Counted from the first letter of the stretch, positions 9,891-17,697 are shown. The stretch is DNA of 32,000 nucleotides from Vibrio vulnificus CMCP6 (GCF_000039765.1 NC_004459.3:1320001-1352000); one strand, 5' to 3'. Notes: generated by a model not told the origin, from the letters alone. Program-made: numbers and translations.

Positions 9891-10517
9891 ATGAAGACCA
9901 TAGATAGGATCATTCAATCCATAAAACGAGATGGGGCGGTTACCGCAAAGCAAATAGCGACTGATTTGGGTATGACAACCATGGGGGCCCGCCAACATTT
10001 GCAGAGTCTGGAAGAGGATGGTCTGGTGCATTTTCACGATGTGAAGGTGAAAATCGGCCGTCCAACTCGTCATTGGTCTTTAACGCAAAAGGGACATGAG
10101 CAGTTTGCTGATCGCCATGGCGAGTTAACGATTCAGGTTATCGATGCCGTAGAGGCGTTGTTTGGTGCTGAGGGCCTAGCAAAGGTGGCGGCAGAGCGTG
10201 AACAAAAAACGTTTTTGCACTATCAAAAGGCGTTAGCTACGTGTTTGGATCTGACCAGTCGACTCGAAACGCTTACCCTGATGAGAGAAGAAGAAGGCTA
10301 CATGGCAGAGCTAGAAAAGACGGATGAAGGCTACCTGCTGACGGAAAACCATTGCCCGATCTGTAAAGCGGCGCAACGCTGCCCAAGTTTGTGTCAGTCG
10401 GAGTTGAATGTGTTCCAAAAGTTGCTTGGTGATGAGTGCCACATCGAGCGCAGTGAGCACATTATTGAAGGCCAGAGGCGTTGTGCTTACCGCATTATAA
10501 TCGCGAATGGTGGATAG
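9891..10517 (+). CDS. Winged-HTH transcriptional regulator (ArsR/DeoR-like N-terminus) with a six-cysteine C-terminal domain, 208 aa
   Basis: The N-terminus, MKTIDRIIQSIKRDGAVTAKQIATDLGMTTMGARQHLQSLEEDGLV, is a typical wHTH. The C-terminus, HCPICKAAQRCPSLCQSELNVFQKLLGDECHIERSEHIIEGQRRC, gives C-x2-C-x5-C-x3-C-x14-C-x14-C. ATG 9891 is preceded by AGAGGGA. Confidence 0.7.
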   Translation: MKTIDRIIQSIKRDGAVTAKQIATDLGMTTMGARQHLQSLEEDGLVHFHDVKVKIGRPTRHWSLTQKGHEQFADRHGELTIQVIDAVEALFGAEGLAKVAAEREQKTFLHYQKALATCLDLTSRLETLTLMREEEGYMAELEKTDEGYLLTENHCPICKAAQRCPSLCQSELNVFQKLLGDECHIERSEHIIEGQRRCAYRIIIANGG

Positions 10518-10543
10518 ATATTCTGTGTAAGACTTTTAATGAA

Positions 10544-10568
10544 GAGGGCTGCCTATTAGGCAGCCCTC
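10544..10568. terminator. GC-rich hairpin between the convergent regulator gene and glpX
   Basis: GAGGGCTGCC (10544-10553) / GGCAGCCCTC (10559-10568) with loop TATTA. The flanking T/A tracts are weak on both strands. Confidence 0.6.
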
Positions 10569-10589
10569 CTTTCATGTTCTCTTTGTATG

Positions 10590-11597
10590 TTAAAGAATGA
10601 TCGCTTTCACTTCGTCATCTTTGCGCTCAAGATAATGAATCGACTTGATACGACGAATTGTTCGACAACGGCCACGAATCAGCAATGTTTCAGTGGTTGC
10701 AATATTGCCTTGACGGCTGATGCCTTCAAGTAGATCGCCTTTAGTGATGCCTGTTGCGGAGAAAATGACGTTATCACTGCGTGCCATGTCTTCCAGTTTT
10801 AGCACTTTGTTCGCTTCCACGCCCATTTCAGCGCAGCGCTCGAGCTCGAAATCCGCAAACTTGCGGTTTTCTTCGTTATCGCCTTTTACTTCGTTACGGG
10901 GTAAAAGACGACCATGCATGTCGCCATCCAATGCGCGAATGACGGCCGCTGAGACAACCCCTTCAGGTGCACCACCAATACAGTACATCACGTCAACTTC
11001 ACTGTCTGGCATGCAGGTAAGAATCGAAGCGGCCACATCACCATCCGGCACAGCGAAAACACGAACACCCATGCGTTGCATCTCGGCGATCACCTCATCA
11101 TGACGAGGCTTTGCAAGGGTAATCACCACCAAGGTATCAAGCGTTTTTCCAAGCGCTTGTGCGATGTTCACGAGGTTTTCTTTAAGTGGCTTGTTGAGAT
11201 CGATCACTCCTTTTGCACCAGGGCCAACCACCAGTTTTTCCATGTACATATCCGGTGCTTTTAAAAAGCTCCCTTTTTCACCGGCAGCCAGTACCGCAAG
11301 AGCGTTTGATTGGCCCATCGCGGTCATGCGCGTCCCTTCGATTGGATCGACCGCGATATCCACTTCATCACCACCTAGGCCAACATTTTCGCCAATGTAA
11401 AGCATCGGGGCATCGTCGATTTCACCTTCACCAATAACAATTTCGCCACTGATGTCGGTTTTATTCAGCAGGGTGCGCATGACTTCTACTGCAGCGCCAT
11501 CCGCCGCGTTTTTGTCACCACGGCCTAGCCATTTATAACCCGCTAGAGCAGCGCCTTCTGTGACGCGGGAAAAGGCCATCGCTAAATCGCGTTTCAT
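10590..11597 (-). CDS. glpX: Fructose-1,6-bisphosphatase class II
   Basis: 335 aa, MKRDLAMAFSRVTEGAALAGYKWLGRGDKNAADGAAV..VVGPGAKG..GGAPEGV.. Canonical GlpX with a GGAGA RBS. Confidence 0.95.
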   Translation of the reverse strand: MKRDLAMAFSRVTEGAALAGYKWLGRGDKNAADGAAVEVMRTLLNKTDISGEIVIGEGEIDDAPMLYIGENVGLGGDEVDIAVDPIEGTRMTAMGQSNALAVLAAGEKGSFLKAPDMYMEKLVVGPGAKGVIDLNKPLKENLVNIAQALGKTLDTLVVITLAKPRHDEVIAEMQRMGVRVFAVPDGDVAASILTCMPDSEVDVMYCIGGAPEGVVSAAVIRALDGDMHGRLLPRNEVKGDNEENRKFADFELERCAEMGVEANKVLKLEDMARSDNVIFSATGITKGDLLEGISRQGNIATTETLLIRGRCRTIRRIKSIHYLERKDDEVKAIIL

Positions 11598-11645
11598 GTT
11601 GTCTCCAAAAAAGTGTTAAATCGAAGGAAGAGTAAAATTGCCGCG

Positions 11646-11654
11646 ATTCTAGCA
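11646..11654 (-). promoter_or_regulatory. Candidate extended -10 element (TGcTAGAAT) of a glpX promoter
   Basis: The minus strand reads TGCTAGAAT about 50 nt upstream of the glpX ATG. No good -35 is present, which is consistent with an extended -10 promoter. Confidence 0.35.
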
Positions 11655-11701
11655 CAAAATGTAGGGAAAACGTTTGCTAAATTCGGTTTAAAGGCGAAAA
11701 T

Positions 11702-11748
11702 CGAGGTGCGAGGTGCGAGGTGCGAGGTGCGAGGTGCGAGGTGCGAGG
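11702..11748. repeat. Heptanucleotide tandem repeat (CGAGGTG)x6 plus a degenerate seventh unit
   Basis: There are six perfect head-to-tail copies of CGAGGTG at 11702-11743, then CGAGGcc. The repeat is intergenic, between the zapB 3' end and the glpX promoter. Confidence 0.97.
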
Positions 11749-11813
11749 CCCAAGGCATAAACGCTCTTAGGGCCTCGTATGTGGTGTCTAGGTTTTTCCC
11801 TAGAAGCGGAGAA

Positions 11814-12056
11814 TTACTCGACGTCTTCCATTTTGCCAAGAAGCGCGCGAATGCGTTCTTGCCATTGAGCATGCTCTTGTTGAGTTTGCTGCGCTTTTTG
11901 CTCAAGTTGTTCACGTTGAGCGCGTAGTTCATTCGCTTCCGTTTCCAACTTAGCTTTGTCTTCTTTAAGCTCGTCTACTTCCATTTGTAGCAAAGCGATA
12001 GTATCGACAGCGGTCTGAATTTTAGCTTCTAGTTTTTCTAATACTTCAAAAGACAT
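11814..12056 (-). CDS. zapB: Cell division protein ZapB (coiled coil), 80 aa
   Basis: [37 protein letters not shown].. The heptad-rich sequence is collinear with E. coli ZapB, and the gene neighbours rraA as in E. coli. Confidence 0.93.
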   Translation of the reverse strand: MSFEVLEKLEAKIQTAVDTIALLQMEVDELKEDKAKLETEANELRAQREQLEQKAQQTQQEHAQWQERIRALLGKMEDVE

Positions 12057-12156
12057 CTTGGCCTACCTATATTGATTCGGTTACGAGTGTAGCCCTTGCT
12101 ACTACTCAAGTCTGTTAGCCTCATTCTACTCAGCACAAGGCCGAGAAACACGCCCT

Positions 12157-12185
12157 ATATTGAATAATTTGCATCATTCGGTCAA
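12157..12185 (-). promoter_or_regulatory. Candidate zapB sigma70 promoter (TTGACC-17 nt-CAATAT)
   Basis: The minus strand has TTGACC (12185-12180), a 17-nt spacer and CAATAT (12162-12157), about 100 nt upstream of the zapB ATG. Motif match only. Confidence 0.3.
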
Positions 12186-12213
12186 AAAAACAGCGCATCT
12201 TTACGCCGCGCTG
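12184..12213 (-). terminator. Second (tandem) terminator downstream of rraA
   Basis: Minus strand: CAGCGC (12213-12208) / GCGCTG (12196-12191) with an 11-nt loop, followed by seven T (12190-12184). Confidence 0.5.
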
Positions 12214-12246
12214 ACTTTTGCTCTGTTTTGACTGCTTGCTCAATAG

Positions 12247-12273
12247 AAAAAAGCGTCAAAGTGACGCTTTTTT
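12247..12273 (-). terminator. Rho-independent terminator of rraA
   Basis: AAAAAAGCGTCA / TGACGCTTTTTT is a perfect palindromic hairpin (stem GCGTCA 12253-12258 / TGACGC 12262-12267). It starts 4 nt after the rraA stop and has T/A runs on both sides. Confidence 0.9.
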
Positions 12274-12277
12274 CTCT

Positions 12278-12799
12278 TTAATCGAGCAGCTCTGGCTCTT
12301 CTTCATCTTCTTCAAGATCGGCACTGAGAGGCTCTTGGGAGAGAATGATGCCCGTTGTATCTGCATAGAGGTAGTCTTCTGGAAGGAAGGTCACCCCACC
12401 AAAATTGACGGGAACATCCACTTCGCCAACACCCTGCATGGCAGCACCCACTGGAATAGAGGCTAAAGCTTGAATGCCGATATTCATATCTTCCAGCTCG
12501 TCCACTTCACGCACACAGCCGTAGACAACGATGCCTTCCCATTCGTTCTCTTCCGCTATCGCGGCAAGTTCGCCGTCAAGTAATGCTCGGCGCAATGAAC
12601 CACCACCATCAACCAAAAGTACACGGCCAACACCATCTTGTTCCAGCGTTTCTCGAATGAGGGCATTGTCCTCAAAACACTTGACTGTGGTGATTTGTCC
12701 GGCAAAGGAAGCGCGGCCACCAAAGTTACTGAACATAGGCTCGACTACATCCACTTGGTCCATATAGATATCGCAAAGGGCTGAAGTGTTGTATTCCAT
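12278..12799 (-). CDS. rraA: Ribonuclease E inhibitor RraA, 173 aa, with an acidic C-terminal extension
   Basis: [45 protein letters not shown].. is collinear with E. coli RraA ([45 protein letters not shown]). There is an extra tail, ..[15 protein letters not shown]. Confidence 0.95.
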   Translation of the reverse strand: MEYNTSALCDIYMDQVDVVEPMFSNFGGRASFAGQITTVKCFEDNALIRETLEQDGVGRVLLVDGGGSLRRALLDGELAAIAEENEWEGIVVYGCVREVDELEDMNIGIQALASIPVGAAMQGVGEVDVPVNFGGVTFLPEDYLYADTTGIILSQEPLSADLEEDEEEPELLD

Positions 12800-12874
12800 G
12801 GCATACCTTCTTTGGTCAACGAGATTTCTTTTGAGTATATCCGTGCATTAAGTCATTGCAATGACAATTAATGA

Positions 12875-13792
12875 TTAACTAACAAGAGTTTGAGCTACCA
12901 CAACAGTTGCAAACAAAATATTGGTGACGAGTGAGCATTTCACGACGACTGGCATCATAGGGGCAATTTGTGCAGGTTTCTCAGTTTGCCAAACGGCTTT
13001 ACCATGATTAAAGAGCACTATTAGGCTGAATAAAAATGGCAGACAGAGCCAAATGGAGCTAGGTTGCAGCAACAAGTAACTTGCAAAGGCCATTAAGGCG
13101 CCACCGAGTAAAGCGAAATGGTACTGTTTAGCACGTTGTTGCCCAAGTCGTACGGCAACGGTGCGTTTGCCACAGGCCGCATCATTCTCAATATCACGCA
13201 TGTTGTTGATATTGAGCACGGCAACAGCCAATAATCCACATCCCAAAGAAGGCAGCAGCAGTGCGGTATCTAAGTGGCCAGTGTGGAGAAAGTAAGTGCC
13301 CGATACACCCAGTAAACCAAAGAAAATAAACACAGACAGATCACCCAGCCCAACATAGCCGTATGGCTTGCTACCCATGGTATAAGCAATGGCGGCAAAG
13401 ATGGCCAATACACCGAGACCAATAAACGCAAGAATACTTTGCAGGCTGCTCAATGCGTAAAACACCAGACACAAACCGGAGATCATGGTCAAAATAATAT
13501 TAAACACAATGGCTCGTTTCATCGCTTGAGCAGAAACCGCACCAGACTGCATGGCGCGCATTGGCCCTAATCGTTTGTCGTTATCAGTTCCTTTCACGGC
13601 ATCGCCATAATCGTTTGCTAAGTTAGAAAGGATTTGTAATAGCGTTGCGGTAACAAAGGAGAGTAACGCGATCACAGGTGAAAATTGACCGAATGAATAG
13701 GCTAATACGCTGCCAGTTAAAATGGAAACAAGCGCTAAAGGAAGTGTTTTCGGACGAGCGGCATCCAGCCAGATACGCAATGACTGATTCAT
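12875..13792 (-). CDS. menA: 1,4-dihydroxy-2-naphthoate octaprenyltransferase
   Basis: 305 aa polytopic membrane protein (WLDAARPKTLPLA..; NDYGD; NNMRDIENDAACGKRT), the UbiA-family MenA. It occupies the same position between rraA and hslU as in E. coli. Confidence 0.92.
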   Translation of the reverse strand: MNQSLRIWLDAARPKTLPLALVSILTGSVLAYSFGQFSPVIALLSFVTATLLQILSNLANDYGDAVKGTDNDKRLGPMRAMQSGAVSAQAMKRAIVFNIILTMISGLCLVFYALSSLQSILAFIGLGVLAIFAAIAYTMGSKPYGYVGLGDLSVFIFFGLLGVSGTYFLHTGHLDTALLLPSLGCGLLAVAVLNINNMRDIENDAACGKRTVAVRLGQQRAKQYHFALLGGALMAFASYLLLQPSSIWLCLPFLFSLIVLFNHGKAVWQTEKPAQIAPMMPVVVKCSLVTNILFATVVVAQTLVS

Positions 13793-13910
13793 GAATTTTT
13801 CGTGCTAGTAAATAGAATCGTCAGTATACGAAGAAAAGCGCACTGAAGAAAGGTTAGCTTAAGGGAGCGCAATACGGCTAAATGCAAAGACGCTAGGTGA
13901 GAAGAGGAAG

Positions 13911-13941
13911 AAAAAGGGCGAGAGAAATAATGCTCTCGCCC
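13911..13941 (-). terminator. Rho-independent terminator of hslVU
   Basis: GGGCGAGAG (13916-13924) / CTCTCGCCC (13933-13941). On the minus strand it is followed by TTTTTCTT. Confidence 0.85.
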
Positions 13942-13957
13942 TTGCTACTCAAGAGGA

Positions 13958-15289
13958 TTACAGGATGAAACGGCTTAAGTCTTCATCTTCGACAAATTCG
14001 CCGAGACGTTGCTGCACGTACGCTGCATCAATCACAAACTTGGTGCCTGATTTTTCCGTTGCATCGAATGAGATTTCATCCATTAGGCGTTCCATCACAG
14101 TATGTAGACGGCGAGCGCCAATGTTTTCAGTAGTTTCATTCACGGTCCAGGCAGCTTCTGCAATTTGCGTGATGCCGTCTTCCGTAAATTCGATATCCAC
14201 ATCTTCTGTCTTCATCAGAGCGACATATTGCTCTGTAAGTGATGCTCTTGGCTCGGTCAGAATACGCTTGAAATCGTGGCTTGAAAGCGCCTCAAGTTCA
14301 ACACGGATCGGCAGTCGACCTTGCAGTTCAGGAATCAGGTCAGAAGGCTTAGCAACTTGGAAAGCACCAGAGGCAATAAACAGAATATGGTCGGTCTTTA
14401 CCATACCGTGCTTGGTGGAGACAGTACTGCCTTCGATAAGAGGCAACAAGTCACGTTGTACCCCTTCTCGAGACACATCAGGGCCTGAACTCTCGCCGCG
14501 TTTACAGATTTTATCGATCTCATCGATAAACACGATGCCATTATTTTCTACACTGTAGATGGCTTGCTCTTTAAGTTCATCTTGATTGACCAGCTTAGCG
14601 GCTTCTTCTTCAATCAGTGCTTTAAAGGCGTCTTTGATTTTCAATTTGCGCTTTTTACTGGTGTTGCCAGCTAGGCTCTGGAACATCCCTTGTAGCTGGT
14701 TAGTCATCTCTTCCATACCAGGAGGTGCCATGATTTCCACGCCCATCTGTGGCGCTGCGACATTGATTTCAATTTCTTTGTCGTCGAGCTTTCCTTCACG
14801 CAGTTTTTTACGGAAGATTTGGCGAGTGTTCGAGGTATCTTCGCTTTGCTCGTTCTGGCCCCAAGCATCGCGAGGTGGTGGTAGGAGCGCATCAAGGATT
14901 CGTTCTTCCGCGAGCTCTTCTGCACGGAATTTGACTTTTTCCATCGCTTGCTGATGAGTCAGCTTTACTGCCACGTCAGTCAGATCGCGAATAATGCTTT
15001 CCACTTCTTTACCCACATAACCCACTTCGGTGAATTTGGTGGCTTCCACTTTTATGAAAGGTGCGTTGGCCAACTTCGCAAGACGACGAGCGATTTCGGT
15101 TTTACCAACCCCAGTTGGGCCGATCATCAGAATATTCTTTGGCGTGACTTCTACGCGCAAGCTTTCTTCAAGTTGCATTCGACGCCAGCGATTACGTAGT
15201 GCAATTGCCACAGAGCGTTTTGCATTGTCTTGACCAATGATGTGTCGATTCAGTTCATGGACAATTTCACGAGGAGTCATTTCAGACAT
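13958..15289 (-). CDS. hslU: ATP-dependent protease ATPase subunit HslU
   Basis: [55 protein letters not shown].. is collinear with the 443-aa E. coli HslU. I chose the start at the third Met of the track ORF (15289) by homology. Confidence 0.97.
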
Positions 15290-15316
15290 AATCATTCCTT
15301 ACAATCTGTGGGCGAA

Positions 15317-15871
15317 TTAAGCTTGGCTGAGATTTGGCAATTCTGCTGGGATCTCGAGCTCTTCGATGGTGTGGTTGTGGTTGGTAAACACACAAATATC
15401 ACCCGCAATGTTCAATGCTTTTTCTGCGATTTCGCGTGCATCGAGTTCGGTATTTTCCAATAAAGCGGTCGCGGCTGCTTGTGCATACGCCCCTCCAGAC
15501 CCAATCGCGATCAAATCGTTTTCTGGCTGTACCACGTCGCCATTGCCTGTGATGATCAATGACGCCGTTTCGTCTGCCACGGCCAATAATGCTTCAAGTT
15601 TACGTAATGCACGATCGCTGCGCCAATCTTTCGCCAGTTCAACGGCCGCTTTAGTTAGGTGGCCTTGATGCATCTGCAGCTTACTTTCGAAGCGTTCAAA
15701 TAGAGTAAACGCATCCGCCGTGCCGCCAGCAAAGCCAGCCAGAACTTTGTTGTTATATAAACGGCGAACTTTACGCGCATTGCCTTTCATTACCGTGTTA
15801 CCCAGAGATACTTGTCCATCCCCGGCGATGACGACTTTATTGTTACGACGTACAGAAACGATGGTAGTCAC
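15317..15871 (-). CDS. hslV: ATP-dependent protease subunit HslV (GTG start)
   Basis: (M)[38 protein letters not shown].. has the catalytic Thr at position 2. An AAGAGG RBS is present, and the start codon reads GTG at 15871-15869. Confidence 0.97.
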   Translation of the reverse strand: MTTIVSVRRNNKVVIAGDGQVSLGNTVMKGNARKVRRLYNNKVLAGFAGGTADAFTLFERFESKLQMHQGHLTKAAVELAKDWRSDRALRKLEALLAVADETASLIITGNGDVVQPENDLIAIGSGGAYAQAAATALLENTELDAREIAEKALNIAGDICVFTNHNHTIEELEIPAELPNLSQA

Positions 15872-15911
15872 GAGTAGGCCTCTTGATTCTTTTCTATATG
15901 GAGTTGATCCC

Positions 15912-15941
15912 TATATGGGGGAGGGTAAAAAAGAAATCAAG
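15912..15941 (-). promoter_or_regulatory. Sigma32 (heat-shock) promoter of hslVU
   Basis: The minus strand reads CCTTGAT (the -35; CTTGAT = 15941-15936), 15 nt, then CCCCATATA (15920-15912). Compare the RpoH consensus CTTGAA-N13-17-CCCCATnT. It lies about 40 nt upstream of the hslV GTG. Confidence 0.75.
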
Positions 15942-15988
15942 GCTCAAGGTTTGGAATGGAAGGTTAGGGGGGGAAAGGGATGCAAAGA

Positions 15989-16013
15989 AAAGGGGCGAAT
16001 TACAAGCCCCTTT
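15989..16013 (-). terminator. Rho-independent terminator of ftsN
   Basis: AAAGGGGC (15989-15996) / GCCCCTTT (16006-16013) with a 9-nt loop. On the minus strand it is followed by TTTCTTTG. It lies 10 nt after the ftsN stop. Confidence 0.85.
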
Positions 16014-16022
16014 GGATGAGAA

Positions 16023-16565
16023 TTATTGTTCTTCTTGCCAGATGGCACACGGTTCAATTTTGGCGCGTTGCAATTTATGGCGATCGCGTTCAGCGTCACG
16101 TTTTAGCTTATATGGTCCTAAGACCACACGATACCAATCACTGCCTTCTTTCTTTTTGACGGTACTGGTAATACCTTGAAAAGCGATGTCGAGTTTACGA
16201 TGTTCCGCTTGTTCACGCTTTTTGTAGGCGCCACACTGCATAATGTAAGGAATCTTAGGCACTTCTTGTTCTTTGGCCACCACTTCGATTTCTCGATTTG
16301 GTAAGCTTTCAACGTATTGCCATTTTTCTTCTGGTGGAGGTGGCAGTTCTTTTTTCGCCGGCGGTTTAGGTTTGCTCACCGGTTTGTTTTCTGCAACGGG
16401 TGTTGGCGGCTCTGGGTCATTGCTGAGGGTATACAAACCATAGCCAAAACCACCCAGTAGCACGATGGCTAACAGGCCGGCAAGCCAAGGTTTTTTTCTA
16501 CGAGGAGCTGCTTTTTTGGTCGGCTTTTTAGGACTACGACCACGTCTTACATAATCTTTAGCCAC
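16023..16565 (-). CDS. ftsN: Cell division protein FtsN, short form with a C-terminal SPOR domain (~180 aa)
   Basis: (V)AKDYVRRGRSPKKPTKK.. parallels E. coli FtsN (MAQRDYVRRSQ..). It has a single TM segment (WLAGLLAIVLLGGFGYGLY), a Pro/Lys linker, and a SPOR-like end (YIMQCGAYKKREQAE..WYRVVLGPY). The start is ambiguous between GTG 16565 (by homology) and TTG 16580 (track), and neither has a clear SD. Confidence 0.8.
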   Translation of the reverse strand: MAKDYVRRGRSPKKPTKKAAPRRKKPWLAGLLAIVLLGGFGYGLYTLSNDPEPPTPVAENKPVSKPKPPAKKELPPPPEEKWQYVESLPNREIEVVAKEQEVPKIPYIMQCGAYKKREQAEHRKLDIAFQGITSTVKKKEGSDWYRVVLGPYKLKRDAERDRHKLQRAKIEPCAIWQEEQ

Positions 16566-16649
16566 GGAAAATACAAACAATTGTTATGCTAGCCCGCTAT
16601 GGTAATGCAGAATGCCAAGCGTTAACAGGGAAACGTCGCAGAAAAGGAA

Positions 16650-16671
16650 GCGAGGCTGCAAATAACCTCGC
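16650..16671 (-). terminator. Probable terminator of cytR
   Basis: GCGAGG (16650-16655) / CCTCGC (16666-16671) with a 10-nt loop. On the minus strand it is followed by TTCCTTTTCTG. It lies about 20 nt after the cytR stop. Confidence 0.55.
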
Positions 16672-16689
16672 TGCCGGTTGGTTTTGGTT

Positions 16690-17697
16690 TTAGCGTAAGC
16701 CCGGAGGCGCTGCGCTACCACGAACCACCAATTTGGTTTCAAGTAAGCGTGAGCCACTGTGAATGTCATGTCCTTTCAGCAGCTCTAACATCATCAGCAT
16801 CGCTTGACGACCAATCTCATAGCGTGGCTGTGAGATGGTGGTTAGTGGAGGATCGCAATATTGGGCAAACTGAATGTCATCGAAGCCGACAATCGACAGA
16901 TCTTGCGGTACTCGGAAGCCCAATTTTTTCGCTTCTTGAATCGCCCCGATAGCCATGGTGTCACAATGGCAGAAAACGGCAGTTGGCGCGTCATTCATTT
17001 CTAGCAGATGACGGATCGCTTTCGCCCCACCTTCAAAAGAGAACTCAGACTCAACACAGTATTGTGGGTTCATTGTGATGCCTGCACGGCGCAAAGCTTG
17101 TTGATAGCCTTGTTGTCTAAACTGACAAAGTGCTGCGGATTTTGGCCCTGAAATTTGGGCGATGCGTTTGTGGCCCAATTGGGTCAGGTAGTTCACCGCT
17201 TCAAATGCTGAGGTCAAGTTATCGATATGAACCGTCGGCAGTTCGAGATCGGGGGCGAACTCGCAAGCCATGACCATCGGAGGAAGATTTTTCTGTTCTG
17301 GCTTGCTCACATCAAACGGTAAGTCGGTACCGAGCAACAGCATACCATCCGCTTGCTTGGTAAAAACGAGATTGACGAGTGAGCTTTCACGGCGCTTTTG
17401 TTGGCCGCTGTCACCGAGTAGAACCAAATATCCCTGTTCAATGGCGGCATCTTCAATGCCACGAATGATCTCTGTGTAGTAAGGATCACAAATGTCAGGA
17501 ACGATCGCGACGATAGTGCGTGACTCGTTGCGGCGTAAATTGCGTGCCAGCGAGTTTGGGGAATAACCAGCTTCCAACACTGCATCTTCCACACGCTTAC
17601 GCGTTGTGGCGGATACTTTGTCTGGATTCATCAGCGCTCTCGAAACCGTTGCCGTTGAAACTCCTGCAAGCTGGGCAACATCCTTCATTGTCGCCAT
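16690..17697 (-). CDS. cytR: LacI-family transcriptional repressor CytR
   Basis: 335 aa, MATMKDVAQLAGVSTATVSRALMNPDKVS..ARNLRRNESRTI.. It combines a LacI-type HTH with a periplasmic-binding-protein fold and sits between ftsN and priA, exactly as E. coli cytR does. Confidence 0.88.
   Translation of the reverse strand: MATMKDVAQLAGVSTATVSRALMNPDKVSATTRKRVEDAVLEAGYSPNSLARNLRRNESRTIVAIVPDICDPYYTEIIRGIEDAAIEQGYLVLLGDSGQQKRRESSLVNLVFTKQADGMLLLGTDLPFDVSKPEQKNLPPMVMACEFAPDLELPTVHIDNLTSAFEAVNYLTQLGHKRIAQISGPKSAALCQFRQQGYQQALRRAGITMNPQYCVESEFSFEGGAKAIRHLLEMNDAPTAVFCHCDTMAIGAIQEAKKLGFRVPQDLSIVGFDDIQFAQYCDPPLTTISQPRYEIGRQAMLMMLELLKGHDIHSGSRLLETKLVVRGSAAPPGLR

Noticed and set aside
11702-11748. The idea that the tandem GAGGTG units act as an array of Shine-Dalgarno sites on the + strand, or as an anti-SD mimic (CACCUC) in a minus-strand RNA.
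   Set aside because: No start codon or ORF follows the units on the + strand. Nothing shows that the region is transcribed past the zapB 3' hairpins. The resemblance follows trivially from the repeat's composition.
11594-11932. Two overlapping ORFs on opposite strands (112 aa on -, 104 aa on +) spanning the glpX-zapB spacer, with internal peptide repeats (SHLAPRT x2, VRGARCE x2).
   Set aside because: The peptide periodicity is an artefact of translating the 7-nt tandem repeat. Both ORFs overlap zapB or its antisense strand. Neither has an RBS or resembles any known protein.
13965-14558. Long antisense ORFs inside highly conserved genes: 197 aa antisense to hslU (listed span), 127 aa antisense to glpX (10720-11103), 146 aa across rpsG/fusA (1508-1948), 104 aa antisense to tufA (4516-4830), 125-130 aa antisense to metB, 117 aa antisense to ppc, and 108 aa antisense to galE.
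   Set aside because: Their composition is low-complexity and rich in Ser, Arg and Pro, as is typical of the reverse frame of codon-biased genes. They have no RBS and no recognisable domains, and they lie fully within strongly supported genes.
15720-16179. ORFs of 98-99 aa on the + strand covering the hslV 5' end, the sigma32 promoter and the ftsN 3' end.
   Set aside because: They are antisense to two real genes and span a promoter and a terminator. Their Gly/Lys-rich sequence comes from the G-runs of the promoter region.
16584-16769. A 61-aa minus-strand ORF overlapping the cytR 3' end and the cytR-ftsN spacer.
   Set aside because: It is out of frame with cytR, includes the cytR terminator hairpin, and has no RBS or homology.
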